Source: Octopus vulgaris
Taxonomy: Eukaryota
Direction of reading: 5' to 3'
Assembly: GCA_951406725.2 (NCBI GenBank)
Contig: OX597833.1
Coordinates: 37,386,001-37,450,000, forward strand
DNA length: 64,000 nt
The notes under the pieces are model-generated. The model saw only the letters and a list, made by a program, of their open reading frames with translations. It was not told the origin of the DNA and ran no database searches. The translations under genes were made by a program, and so were the position numbers. Each line of letters begins with the position of its first letter. The first letter of the stretch is position 1. Of this stretch, positions 1-12,885 are shown in pieces.

Positions 1-19
1 TGAACAAAAAAACAAAGGT

Positions 20-170
20 TAAAATTGTGGTAAAAAGTTTGGCTTCGTAACCACATGGTTTCAGGCTCAATCTCATTGTGTGGAACCTAGGGCAAGTATT
101 TTCTACAATATCCCGGGCTAACCAAAGCTTTGTGAGTGGATTTGGTAGATGGAAAAAGGGAAGCTTGTCA
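20..170 (+). mobile_element. Degenerate tRNA-derived SINE fragment
   Basis: Aligns by eye to the fuller SINE at 28213-28600 (accacatggtt..., gctttgtgagtggatttggtagatggaaa). Confidence 0.7.
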
Positions 171-194
171 CATACACACATATATGTTTGTATC

Positions 195-370
195 TTCATC
201 ATTATTATTATTATTTAATGTCCATTTTCCATGCTGGCTTTGGGTTGGACAGTTTGACAAGAGCTAGGAAGGTGGGAGATTCCAGTGAGATTTGGCATGG
301 TTTCTATCACTGGAAGCTCTTTATAATGCCAACCACTTTATAGAGTGTGCTGGATTCTTTTATATAGAAC
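195..370 (-). mobile_element. Degenerate RTE 3' UTR/tail fragment
   Basis: ttttccatgctggc...gggttggacagttt and atgccaaccacttt resemble the RTE tail at 1192-1350. Confidence 0.6.
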
Positions 371-408
371 CATATATGACAAGTCTAATATATAGACGTG
401 TGTGTATA

Positions 409-490
<82 letters not shown>

Positions 491-1142
491 TGTCTGTCTG
501 TCACTCTCTCTCAGAGGGTAACATGGTACATTTCAATTCTGAAAAACAAAACCCTAGAAATATAGCTTGCAAATGAAAAGCTCAACCATAGTTTCAACTC
601 AGAGGTATACAATCCTATTGGAGAAGTCATTAGAACTGCAATAAGATCAGCTGCCATAGAAACACAATTTCTCATGTCAGCTTTGGTATTCCTCTGTCTC
701 TCTTAGAGTGGTAGCCATTAATGAAACAAAATCCTGCCTTGGTTATAAACTAATTCTTAATACAAAAGGTCACTTGTTAGTCTGAGTGCTTGTGTCAAGT
801 CTTCCATAAAAACTGCCACATATATTGTATAACTGAACTACTGACTGTATTAAATGACATTTGTAACTATCAATAAGACAGTTCTAACATTGAGCCAAAA
901 TATTACAGAGAACGATACCTCACTACATAAGAGTAACATCACTGTCAAGCTCTACTGTTACATATTGTCACCTTGACACCAGATTTACAAACATTTCATT
1001 AAAATTTTAGCAGTAGTGAATACACTGAAACTAGGGACAGTTTGATTTAAGCATTAGGACTCTGCTAAATCATCTTCGATGGATAAATAGGAGCTACTAC
1101 ACAATGAACCTAGTAAGCGTTAAAGAAACTAAAAAAAAAAGT

Positions 1143-1191
1143 TTAACCTTTTAGCATTCAGATTATTCTGTCAACTGTAATGCTTCTTTAT
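1143..1191 (+). mobile_element. Left part of a small piggyBac-like MITE interrupted by the RTE insertion (probably continues at 2926-3088)
   Basis: Starts TTAA-CCTTTTAGCATT. Sequence plausibly resumes (catattgttttgaattaatc...) right after the RTE 5' truncation point. The right terminus is degenerate. Confidence 0.45.
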
Positions 1192-2927
1192 TCATCATCA
1201 TCATTTAGCGTCCGCTTTCCATGCTAGCATGGGTTGGACGGTTCAACTGGGGTCTGGGAAGCCAGAAGGCTGCATCAGGCCCAGTCTGATCTGGCAGTGT
1301 TTCTACGGCTGGTTGCCCTTCCTAACGCCAACCACTCCGTGAGTGTAGTGGATGCTTTTTACGTGCCACCCGCACAGGTGCCAGACGGAGCTGGCAAACG
1401 GCGATGGACGGATGGTGCTTTTTACGTGCCACTGGCACGGGGGCCAGGCGAGGTTGTCAACGGCCACGAACGGATGGTGCTACGTGCCACCGGCACGGGG
1501 GCCAGGCGAGGCTGACAACGGACACGAACGGATGGTGCTTTTACGTGCCACCAGCACAGAGGCCAGTCGGGGCGGCGCTGGCAACGGCCACAATCGGATG
1601 GTTTGCTTACTTGTCACTGGCACTGGTACCACAGCTGCAATTTCCATTGATGTTGATCGACTTCGATTTTGGTTCTGCTTTCTGATATCGGATTTGGTTT
1701 GATTTTGATTTTGATTTTGATTTTCACTTGCCTCAACGGGTCTTCACAAGTGGAGTTTTGTGTCCCAAGAAGGAAAGGTATGTAGGCCACAGGTTATGTT
1801 CTCACTAGTCTTGCCGGGTCTTCTCATGCACAGCATACTTCCATAGGTCTTGGTCTCTAGTCATTTCCTTGGTGAGACCTAAAGTTCGAAGGTCGTGCTT
1901 CACCACCTCGTCCCAAGTTTTCCTGGGTCTACCTCTTCCACAGGTTCCCTCAACTGCTAGGGTGTGGCACTTTTGCACACAACTATCTTCAGCCATTCTC
2001 GTCACATGACCATACGTCTCTCTTGCACACCACAACTGATGCTTCTTAGGTCCAACTTTTCTCTCAAGGTACTTACATTCTGTCGATTATGAACACTGAC
2101 ATTACACATCCATCGGAGCATACTGGCTTCATTTCTTGCGAGCTTACGCATATCCTCAGCAGTCACAGCCCATGTTTCACTACCATGTAGCATGGCTGTA
2201 CGTACACATGCATCATACAGTCTGCCTTTTGCTCTGAGCAAGAGGCCTTTTGTCACCAGCAGGGGTAAGAGCTCTCTAAACTTTGCCCAGGCTATTCTTA
2301 CTCTAGCAGTTACACTTTCAGCACACCCACCCCCGCTACTGACTTGGTCACCTAGGTAGCGGAAGCTATCAACTACTTCTAGTTTTTCTCCCTGGAACGT
2401 GGTAGAAGTTGGTCTCTGCACATTTTCAGTGTTTATTGCTCCTGAGCATCTGCCACAGATAAAAACTATTTTCCTAGTTAGCCTTCCTTTGACATTGCTA
2501 CACCTCTTATGTGTCCATAGCTTACACTTGGTGCACCTTATAGAGTTTCTACCTACGCCTTTTTTACAAATCGAGCAGGGCCATCTACCTGAAGGCGGTT
2601 GTGATTGGTCTACCTTCCTACTTATTAGGACTTTGGTTTTGGTTAGGTTGATTCTAAGGCCCTTCGATCCTAAACCTTGCTTCCACACCTGAAACTTCTC
2701 CTCCAGTTCTGATAGTGACTTAGCAATTAGAGCAAGGTCATCAGCATAGAGGAGCTCCCAGGGGCATCCTGTCTTGAATTCCTCCGTTATTGCCTGGAGG
2801 ACTATGATAAATAGGAGGGGACTGAGGACTGAACCTTGGTGGACCCCAACCTCTACCCAGAATTCTTCACTGTACTCTTTGCCAACCCTCACCTTACTAG
2901 CAGCATCTCTGTACATGGCTCGCACCA
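1192..2927 (-). mobile_element. 5'-truncated RTE-clade LINE: RT C-terminal half with embedded PHD finger, 3' UTR with ~60-bp repeats, (GAT)n tail
   Basis: ORF 2002-2928 has GVHQGSVLSP, LLYADD, FRYLG and LYDACVRTAMLHGSETW. RGRPRKTW follows after a frameshift. The tail is tcatcatca on the plus strand. Confidence 0.93.
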
Positions 2928-4062
2928 TATTGTTTTGAATTAATCATGCATTATCTTGTAGCTTGAGATTTTGATGATGCAACTGTATATTTTTAGACTG
3001 ACATTGTAGGTTAAGTGTGGGAGGCCAGATCTTGCCAGTTTGCACATAAAACAGGTAAAATACTTGGGCCTGATATGGCTTGTTTAAAGTGTGTTCTGTA
3101 AAGATAAAAATTTCTCAACATGTTAAACTCCTAGACTCTTACAATTAATCAATGTAAAATAATTTTAACACTTAACATTTTAATACTTCTTAATATATGC
3201 TACATATCTGGCTGTTTTCTTTTGTTACAGGCATCTAGATCAGAAACAAATTTCAATTTCTGTAGCATTAACTTCTTTGAGACAAACTACAGATCTGTTA
3301 TAACTTTGTTAGCCCCCAAATCTAAAAGTTCTTATGCTTAGCTCCCACCCAATGAGCAACCCAACCCTTATGCCATCTCCTATGTTAGTGCTTCAGATTA
3401 GCTTCTCATCAGTACAGTAGTTAACTTAAGCATGCACAAACTAATCCTTTAAAAACCTCTTTCAAAGCTGTTTTGTCTCTCCTTTTCTTTCCTTTCTTTT
3501 TTTGCAGAAAATCAAACTTGCTTGAGTAAAAATTGGTTTCTGGCTTTGCAGAGTAGACTTCATCCCTTAACACAGTAAGCCTAATCTATCAGATATCACA
3601 AATAGCAGACCCTCTTCACACACAACTCAGTAACCCTCAGCCAGATACATCATCAAACAAACCATTCCTATCACAGTTACTTCTCTCTTTCTCACTCTCA
3701 CATTCGCAGTTCAGCATCCATGGTCCCAGCTATTCGTGGTACGAATAATTGTTTACTGAAACCACTGCATATTCGAGGAATCATAAATATCATCTGCAAT
3801 TTTTTGACTTCTTTCGTGGTAATATCCCTCTCTCATTATTATTATTTATAGCATAGATTACTGTATCTAGTGGTAATACAAACTAAATTTTTCAAAACCA
3901 TGATTATTTTTAATCTCTGCTCAATCTCCCATTGGTGGTATGTGCATTTAGACACAAAGAAAATTTTTTTGTACATATTTTGGGGGAAAACTGCATCCAG
4001 TAGCAATCTCAAGTGTTTCGTTGAATGTTGTGTTTTTTGCAGCATGTTATTAAAGCCCTAAG

Positions 4063-5460
4063 ATGCCAGTCAAATGCCCTACACCTTCTAAGGCTTCTGG
4101 CAGTGAACCTAAACACCAGAAAAAGGTTACGACATTCCATGAGAAGGTACAACTGACAGATATGCTCCGGGAAGGTAAAAGTTATGCTGCAGTGAAAGCA
4201 CTATACGCTACATAAAGAAGAACAAGGTAGTAATCAGGTCTACCTGATTTTCTGTGAAAGTGCCAGGTCTATAAAAAAGCACTTAGTCAGAATGGAATCT
4301 ACCTTGTGGGATCAGTAATTGCAAGAGAAAGCACAGAAATTATACCAGCAGTTTGACAGAGGAGACGGAGCAGAAGGCACTGAAGAACCACAACCAAGAC
4401 CATTGACAATACTGGTGCCTGAAGATTTTCAAGCCAGCAAGAGATGGTTTGACCATTTCCAGGAACAGTTTAAAATAAAGGATGTTTCCCTGCATGGAGA
4501 GACAGCATCAGCTGACAAAGAGGCTGCTGAGAAGTACCTTGAGACCTTCAGGCAGACAAGCCAGAACAGGTTTTCAATATAGATGAGACTGGCTTGTTCT
4601 GGAAGAAGATGCCTTCCAGAATGTACATCATGAAGGGCGAAGCCAGAGCCCCATGATTTAAGGCACAGAAGGACAGAGTGGCAATGTTGGCTTCATGATG
4701 ATACCAGGACTTATCTACAAATCCACGAACCCGAGGGCCTTCAAAAATAAAATTCTGCTGCTTGTCCACTGGATGCTCCCTGCTAACACCACCAACCTCA
4801 TCCAGCCTATGGATCAAGGTGTGATCTGTGCCATCAAGTCACTTTACACTCAGAACTCTCTCCAATGCCTTGTGGACACAATAGATTCGGACAAGAATTT
4901 CAATCCAAATGAATACTAGTGTAACTTAACTATCACAATATGCCTATCAGTCATCCATGCTGCTCTTAAAGAGAAGAAAAAAACCCTCATTGGAAGGTGT
5001 GGCTAGAGTGTGACCAGGACTATGAGGGCTTCTCACTTAAAGATATTCGTCATGAAGTTGTCAACAATGAGGTGAAACTGGAAAAAGTTCTTAGAGGTGA
5101 AGGTTTTGACGACATCATGCAAGATGAGGTCAACTATCTCATCGATGCCCACTTTGAAATCCTGAAAGATGAAGATTTGTTGGAGTTAACTCAGTCTACC
5201 AGTGATGGGGTGGAGGCACTAGATCCAGAGGAAGAGGATAATGAGGTAGGCCTGGCAATCAAATGTCTGCCTCACCTTTTAAGGACAGCAAGAGAGGACA
5301 GAAGCATCCCTATATGGTTCGGTCTCTCCAATTTGAAAATGCCATAGATGCTGCCATGCAGACATATAAAACTCTTCTCACCACCATGAAGAAACATTGA
5401 CAGCAACTTCCCATCAAGAAAGCCTTGCAAGAAGATACGACATCACATGAAGAGCTTTAA
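4063..5460 (+). mobile_element. Degenerate Tigger/pogo-like DNA transposase (CENP-B HTH + DDE)
   Basis: Fragments MPVKCPTPSKASGSEPKHQKKV, FQASKRWFDHF, VSLHGETASAD, VFNIDETGLFWKKMPSR and LPANTTNLIQPMDQGVI, with many frameshifts. Confidence 0.88.
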
Positions 5461-5569
5461 ATATTCTATGCTGTGCAGTCATTAACATCATTATTTTCAT
5501 CATCAATATCATTCATTAATGGTGAATAATCATACATTTTATTCAATTTTCAATTCAATTATTAAATAT

Positions 5570-5806
5570 TATATATATATATATATAATGATATATGAAT
5601 GATATTGATGATGAAAATAATGATGGTAATGACTGCACAGCATAGAATATATAATATATATAATATATGTATAATATATAATATACGTATATATTATATA
5701 ATATATATCATATATATATATATATATATAATATACGTATATATTATATAATATATATCATATATATATAATATATATCATATATATATATATCATATAT
5801 ATATAT

Positions 5807-5843
<37 letters not shown>

Positions 5844-6202
5844 TATATATATATATCATATATATATAATATATATCATATATATATATATCATATCATA
5901 TATATCATATCATATATATATATATATCATATATATATAATATATTTCATATATATATATATCATATATATATATATTTATCATATATATATATATCATA
6001 TATATATATATATATCATATATATATATATATAATATATGTATAATATATAATATACGTATATATTATATAATATATATCATATATATATATATATATAT
6101 ATCATATATATATATATAATATATGTATAATATATAATATACGTATATATTATATAATATATATGATATATATGTATATATATATCATATATATATATAT
6201 AT
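5570..6202. repeat. AT-rich compound micro/minisatellite
   Basis: (TA)n interleaved with units such as tataatatataatatacgtatatattatataatatatatcata. The same unit recurs at 7390-7860 and 10430-10770. Confidence 0.95.
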
Positions 6203-7388
6203 ATGTGGACGCACAAGAGGTGCAGCAACATTAAAGGGAAATTAACAGATAAGATAGCTTTCATGTGCGGCAGATGCACAGGGACAATAGACACCACAGA
6301 CACTCAGAAAGCAGATTCCATCACACTCCAGGGAGAGAAACTAGAAGTAGTTGATAGTTTCCGCTACCTGGGTGACCAAGTTGGTAGCGGAGGTGGATGC
6401 ACAGAGAGTATCACCACTAGAATACGAATAGCCTGGGCAAAGTTCAGAAAGCTCCTACCCCTACTGGCGAAAAAGGGTCTCTCCCTCAGAGCGAAAGGTA
6501 GACTGTATGATGCATGTGTGCGAACTGCCATGCTTCACGGTAATGAAACATGGGCTATGACTGCAGAGGACATGCGTAGACTTGAAAGAAATGAAGCTAG
6601 CATGATCCGCTGGATGTGTAATGTCAGTGTGCACGCATGACAGAGTGTAAGCATCCTGAGAGAAATGCTGGATATAAGAAGCATCAGATGTGGTGTGCAA
6701 GAGCGACGCTTGCGATGGTATGGTCATGTGCTGCGGATGGATGAGGAGAGATGTGTGAAGAAGTGCCACTCCCAAACAGTTGAAGGTATCAGGGGGAGAA
6801 GTAGACCCAGGAAGACATGGGATGAGGCAGTCAAGCTTGACCTCAGAGCGTTGGGCCTCACCGAGGCAATGGCGAAGGACCGAGATCTCTGGAGATATGC
6901 TGTGACTGCAAAGACCCGGGCTGCTTCCTGCATCAGTTCCGCATAGCCCCTGCCCATTCAAAGTACCCCGGATCCCAGATCGTCCCGCTGTGCTTGAGGA
7001 GACCTGTTGAGTCAAGTACATGAACACTCCGAACACCCCCCCCCCCACTGGTGCTCCCCTATATTTCTGCACCCCCCCCCCACATAAAAAGCACCATCCG
7101 AACGTGGCCGATGCCAGCACCGCCCCGACTGGCTTCTGTGCAGGTGGCACATAAAAAGCACCAACCGACCGTGGCCGATGCCAGACCCCTCTGGCACCTG
7201 TGCAGGTGGCACGTAAAAAGCACCCACTACACTCGCGGAGTGGTTGGCGTTAGGAAGGGCATCCAGCTGTAGAAACACTGCCAGACCAGACTGGAGCCTG
7301 GGGCAGCCCCTGGCTCCCCAGACCCCGGTCGAAACCGTCCAACCCGTGCTAGCGCGGAAAACGGACGTTAAACGACGATGATGATGAT
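6203..7388 (+). mobile_element. 5'-truncated RTE LINE inserted into the TA minisatellite
   Basis: WTHKRCS...FRYLGDQ...RLRWYGHVLRM...RPRKTW, then 3' UTR repeats and a gacgatgatgatga tail. The same minisatellite lies on both sides. Confidence 0.93.
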
Positions 7389-7595
7389 ATATATATATAT
7401 ATAATATATGTATAATATATAATATATGTATATATCATATAATATATATCATATATATATATATATATAATATATGTATAATATATAATATACGTATATA
7501 TTATATAATATATATCATATAATATATATCATATATATATATATATATAATATATGTATAATATATAATATACGTATATATTATATAATATATAT

Positions 7596-7629
<34 letters not shown>

Positions 7630-7699
7630 GTATAATATATAATATACGTATATATTATATAATATATATCATATATATAATATATATCATATATATATA

Positions 7700-7756
<57 letters not shown>

Positions 7757-7860
7757 TATCATATATATATATATATATGATATATGTATAATATATAATA
7801 TACGTATATATTATATAATATATATCATATATTTATATATATATATAATATATGTATAAT
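7389..7860. repeat. AT-rich compound minisatellite
   Basis: Same units as 5570-6202. Confidence 0.95.
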
Positions 7861-7904
7861 ACTGTTTAACTTGAGGTTAGTTCTGATTCAGAAAACCTTT
7901 TAAT

Positions 7905-7990
7905 GATATCAATCCAAGCCATCACTGTAGAATTTGAGACTGGCTATCCATGGGAACTTCTATATGTTGATGATCTAGTCTTCGTAGCTA
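7905..7990 (+). mobile_element. Short RTE RT fragment
   Basis: IQAITVEFETGYPWELLYVDDLVFVA matches LQAITEEFKTGCPWELLYADDLALIA of the 1192-2927 copy. Confidence 0.75.
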
Positions 7991-8016
7991 TATATCTATA
8001 TAATATATATATATTT

Positions 8017-9880
8017 CATCATCATCATCGTTTAACGTCTGTTTTCCATGCTAGCATGGGTTGGACAGTTCGACCGGGGTCTGGGAAGCCAGGAGGCTGC
8101 AACAAGCTCCAGTCTGATCTGGCAGTGTTTCTACAGCTGGATGCCCTTCCTAACACAAACTACTCCGTGAGTGTAGTGCATGCTTTTTACGTGCCACCGG
8201 CATGGGCCAGAGGAGCCTGGCAACGCCCACTATTGGTTGGCACTTTTTACATGCCTCCAGCACAGGCATCACAGCTACAATTTCCATTTGATTTTTATTT
8301 TGATGTTGATGTACTTGACTCAATAGGTCTCCTCAAGCACAGCAGGTCGCCCTACGATCCAAGGTAAGCACAGCAGGTTATCCTATGATCCAATGTACTT
8401 TTGAATGGACTGGGGCTGGTAATGCAAAACTGGTGTACCATACAACCGTGAACTTTGCCCAGGTTATTCTTATTCTAGCCGCTACACTCTGAGCAACCAC
8501 CCCACTACAGACTTGGTCGCCTAGGTAGCAGAAGCTATTAATTACCTCTAGTTTCTCCCCTGACATGTGATGGAATCTGTTTTCTGTACATCATCAGTGC
8601 TTATTGCCCCTATGCATCTGCCACACACAAATACAATTTTTTCGGTTATCTTTCCTTTGATATTGCTGTACCTCTTATGTGTCCATAGCTTATAATGGTG
8701 CATTGTATGGACTTTCTACCCATCCCTTTTCTACCTGAAGGGGTTTGTGATTTGACTGCCTTCCTACTTACTAAGACTTTGGCTCTTGCTAGGTTAATCC
8801 TAAGGCCCTTCAATTCTAGACCTTGCTTCCACACCATAAATTTTCTCTAGTTCTGACAGTGACTCGGTTATTAGAACAAGGTCATTAGCATAGAGGAGCT
8901 CCCAGGGGCAGCCTGTTTTGAATTCTTCTGGTTGACTGGAGGGCTATAATGAATAAGAGGGTGCTGAGGACTGATCCTTGGTGAACCCCCTACTTCCACT
9001 CTGAGTTCTTCACTATACTTGTTGCCAACCCTCACCTTACTGACAGCGTCACTGTACAGGGCTTGTACAGCTCTTACCAACCACTCGTCTATCCCCCAGT
9101 TTCCGCATTGATCACCAGATAAGTGATTGGGGCATCCTGGTAAAGGCTTTCTCTAAATCAACAAAAGCCAAGTACAGAGGTTTATCTTTGGCTAGATATT
9201 TCTCCTGCAGTTGCCTTACCAGAAATATAGCTGCAAGGGTTCTTCTGCCTGGCACAAAACCAAACTTCATTTCATCTTGGCTAACTCTTTCCCTAATTGG
9301 GCTATGACCCTCTCTGTAACTTTCATCACCTGATCCAGTAATTTGATTCCCTGTAGTTATTTCTATCTAAAGCATCACCTTTACCCTTATAGCAGTTGTC
9401 TATGGTGCTGCTATACCAGTCATTGGGTATGACTCCATGAACTACCTGATTTACGAGGCGGGTGACAAGACCCGATATCTTAAGCATATCAGCAGTGATT
9501 CCTGATGGGTCAGGTACTTTCCCTGTTTTCATATCCTTACTTGTTTTATCGACCAGGGTACTGTCGATTCAGGTAGCTGGTCCCTCAGTTGGGTCAACCT
9601 TGGCAGACTCTTCTCCCATTCATTCACCACATTCAGCAGTCTTTTATAATGGCATCTCCAAGCCTCTTTCTTTGCAGAATCATTAAACGCAAGGGCACCA
9701 TCATCCATGCAGACACATTTCTCTCTTATGACATCACGGTTTTCTTTCACACACTGTCTTGCAATCCAAAATACTTCAGTTCTTTGGTCCTCATGTTGTT
9801 GAACATTGGCAAACTTCTTTTCTGCTACTTCCTTGGCTATATATACCTGTCTCCTAGCTTCCCTTTTGGCTATCTGATGC
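8017..9880 (-). mobile_element. Degenerate, internally deleted RTE LINE
   Basis: MKTGKVPDPSGITADML, YKGKGDALDRNNYR, AFVDLEKAF, a YADD-like motif and FCYLGDQ. The C-terminus is deleted near 8445. The (GAT)n tail is at 8017-8030. Confidence 0.88.
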
Positions 9881-9907
9881 AAGTATATCTATATATATAT
9901 ATATATA

Positions 9908-10174
9908 AGTTCAGCAAAATTTGGATTCGGATGAATATGGTACTTAAGTTAAAGGCACCAAAATTTTGTATGGTGTTATCCATATAAGTCAGGTGGGGTG
10001 ATTGTAATCAAAATGAGCAACAAGGATATCCAAGGTAGAGTAGTACAATTGTTTCGTGCTACTTCATTTTATTAAACCCTGTAAGTATTACATCAGTTTT
10101 AAAATGTGGAGCAATCTTCAGCCACATATAGAATTTTTCAATTAAACGGACAATGCACATTCTTATACTTATTC
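9908..10174 (-). mobile_element. Short non-coding repeat carrying a hammerhead motif (candidate non-autonomous Penelope-like element/retrozyme)
   Basis: Contains the HHR at 10040-10125. Abuts a (TA)n tract and an RTE 3' UTR. Confidence 0.55.
10040..10125 (-). ncRNA. Type-I hammerhead ribozyme motif
   Basis: Minus strand reads GUGG-CUGAAGA-[uugcuccacauuuu...aaaaugaaguagcac]-GAAAC-AAUU-GUA-CUAC. Helix I is GUGG/CUAC, helix II is long, and helix III is the palindrome ACAAUUGU. Confidence 0.72.
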
Positions 10175-10428
10175 CGTGCAGGTGGCACGTAAAATGCACC
10201 AATCTGACCGTGGCCGATGCCAGCCTTGGCTGACACCAGTGCAGGTGGCACGTAAAAAGCACCCACTACACTCACGGAGTGGTTGGGGTTAGGAAGGGCA
10301 TCCAGCTGTAGAAACATTGCCAGATAAGACCGGAGCCTGGTGCAGCCTTCTGGCTTCCCAGATCCCCGGTCGAACCGTCCAACCCATGCTAGCATGGAGA
10401 ACGGACGTTAAACGATGATGATGATGAT
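10175..10428 (+). mobile_element. Solo RTE 3' UTR (SINE-like) with (GAT)n tail
   Basis: Closely matches 7135-7388. Confidence 0.88.
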
Positions 10429-10584
10429 ACGTATATATTATATAATATATATCATATATATATATATATAATATATGTATAATATATAATATACATATAT
10501 ATTATATAATATATATCATATATATATATATATATAATATATGTATAATATATAATATACGTATATATTATATAATATATATCT

Positions 10585-10615
<31 letters not shown>

Positions 10616-10772
10616 AATATATAATATACGTATATATTATATAATATATATCTTATATATATATATATGTGTGTGTGTGTATTACATAACATATATATAC
10701 ATATGTATATTACATAAATATATAAAATATATGTTATATAATATATTTATTATATAATATTATATATAAATA

Positions 10773-11997
10773 CTGGGTTGTCTGGAAAGTTCATGCCAAT
10801 TTTTACAGGAAAGCAAAAGGTCAATAAATACTTGCCATTACAATTTTAATCAACCAAATATGAACCATTTTGTTGCACAATGTGTCTCCATCTTTCCTTT
10901 AAATTGAAAATACCTTCTTCCCAGAATTGAGGTGGTTTCATGGCAAAGAATTCATCAAGGTATCTTTTTATGTCATCCAAGAATTGAAATTTTTACCATT
11001 AAGACTATTCTGCATAGAACTGAATAAGTGGAAATCTGAAGGAACAATTTCTGGTGAATATGGAGGGTGGGGTAAAACATCCCAGCCAAGCTGCAGCAAT
11101 TTTTGTCTGGTTCCCAAAGAAACATGCAGTCTTGCATTATCAAGTTGGAAAACAACATCCTTCCTGTTGGCCAATTCTGGATGTTTCTCTTGAATTGCTG
11201 CTTTTAACTCATCCAGTTGTGTGCAGTATTTCTCAGAATTGTCTGGTAACTTGAGAGAAGCTCATAGTACAGAATTCCTTTCCAATCCCACCAGACACAA
11301 AGCAAGACTTTTTTAGGGTGAAGACCCGCTTTTGGAGTAGCTAAGGGTGGCTCATGTCGCTTACTTCAGGATCGCTTTCTCTGAACATTTCGGTAGATAA
11401 TCCATTTATCATCACCTGTCACAACTTGCATTTAAAAAGGCGCATTTTCATTTTGTTTATAAAGCGAATCACATATGGAAATGTGATCTGAAAGGTTCTT
11501 CTCACTCAACTCATATGGTACTCAAACATCATAGCGATTTGTGTACCCAAGCTTTACCAGGTGCTCATGAATAACGGATTTTGATAGGTTGAGGCTTTCT
11601 GCTAATTCTCGGATTGTACAATGTGGGTTATTCTCAATTAATGACTTGATTTGGTAATCATCTGTAGTGGATGGTCTACCTGATAGCTCTTTATTAATAA
11701 GGCTACAATCCCCAGCTCGAAACCTTGTGAACCACTTCACAGTAAACTGCACATATTTCTTTGGTTGCTCGTGAGGAAAAAGAAAAGCATCAAAATGAAC
11801 TTTCTTGTCTTCCATTTTAAAGGGTTACAGAATTAACACAGGTTATAGGAACATAAACCTTCTTCCACGAAAAGATAGCTTAAACTGTGCTCTAAATGGA
11901 GGTGTAGTCAAATCCTATTTTATGGACTCAACCATGTTCTAAAATAAGTCGACGGGTAAGCTACTATAAATCAGCACAAACTTTCCGGATGACCCAA
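10773..11997 (-). mobile_element. Near full-length degenerate mariner transposon
   Basis: Imperfect ~30-bp TIRs (ctgggttgtctggaaagttc / aaactttccggatgacccaa) flanked by TA. Peptides KWFTRFRAGD..SGRP, DNARLH and HPPYSPEIVPSDFHLF. Confidence 0.93.
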
Positions 11998-11999
11998 TA

Positions 12000-12470
12000 A
12001 TATATATATTATATAATATATAAATAATATAATATATATATAATATATAAATAATATATATTATATAACATATAAATAATATACATATATATTATATAAA
12101 TAATATATACATATTATATAATATATAAATAATATATACATATCATAAAATATATAAATAATATATACATATCATATAATATATAAATAATATATACATA
12201 TTATATAATAAATAAATAATATATACATATTATATAATAAATATAATATATTATATAATAAATACATATATTATATAATAAATAAATATATATATTATAC
12301 AATAAATAAATAATATATATATATATTATATAATAAATAAATAATATATATATTATATAATAAATATCCATATATATATATTATATAATATATAAATAAT
12401 ATATATTATATAATATATATTATATAATATATAGGTAATATATATGATATAATAAAGATATATTATATAT
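12000..12470. repeat. AT-rich low-complexity tract
   Basis: tataatatataaataatatatacatat-like units. Confidence 0.9.
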
Positions 12471-12474
12471 GTTA

Positions 12475-12885
12475 TGTGTTCATATTGAGTTGTGGAAGAT
12501 ATTTATCAATGAAAGTTGCCTCTTTATTCATTCTTTGTTGTACTGAGGTGTTCTGTGAACATTGATAGAAGGGGAAAATTAGGAAATTAGGATCAAGATT
12601 CCTAGCACACCTATGTGTTCACTAACCTGTATCAGTCTGTATTGTGGGTGGTTCTTTGACAGAGTGAAATTCCTGTTTAGCCAATATAATTATGACCACA
12701 CCCTAAGCATGTAATGGCATAGATAAGATTTTCCAAGGCACAAGTGAAATTTGATTTGATCATAAATATTTCACCTTGTTTAAAGTGGAATTCTGAACCC
12801 TCCAAAAGGTGGGGGCATATACCACAGTTAGGTCGACCACATATTTTCACTTTTGGTTCTCTGTTGTTAATGGATTAGTCTTAAT
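12475..12885 (-). mobile_element. Penelope-like element (Neptune-type) Cys-rich linker plus GIY-YIG endonuclease fragment
   Basis: Minus-strand translation with frameshifts: KICGRPNCGICPHLLEG...SNFTCALENLIYAITCLGCGHNYIG*TG...VSEHI...RMNKEATFIDKYLPQLN. Not in the ORF track. Confidence 0.85.
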
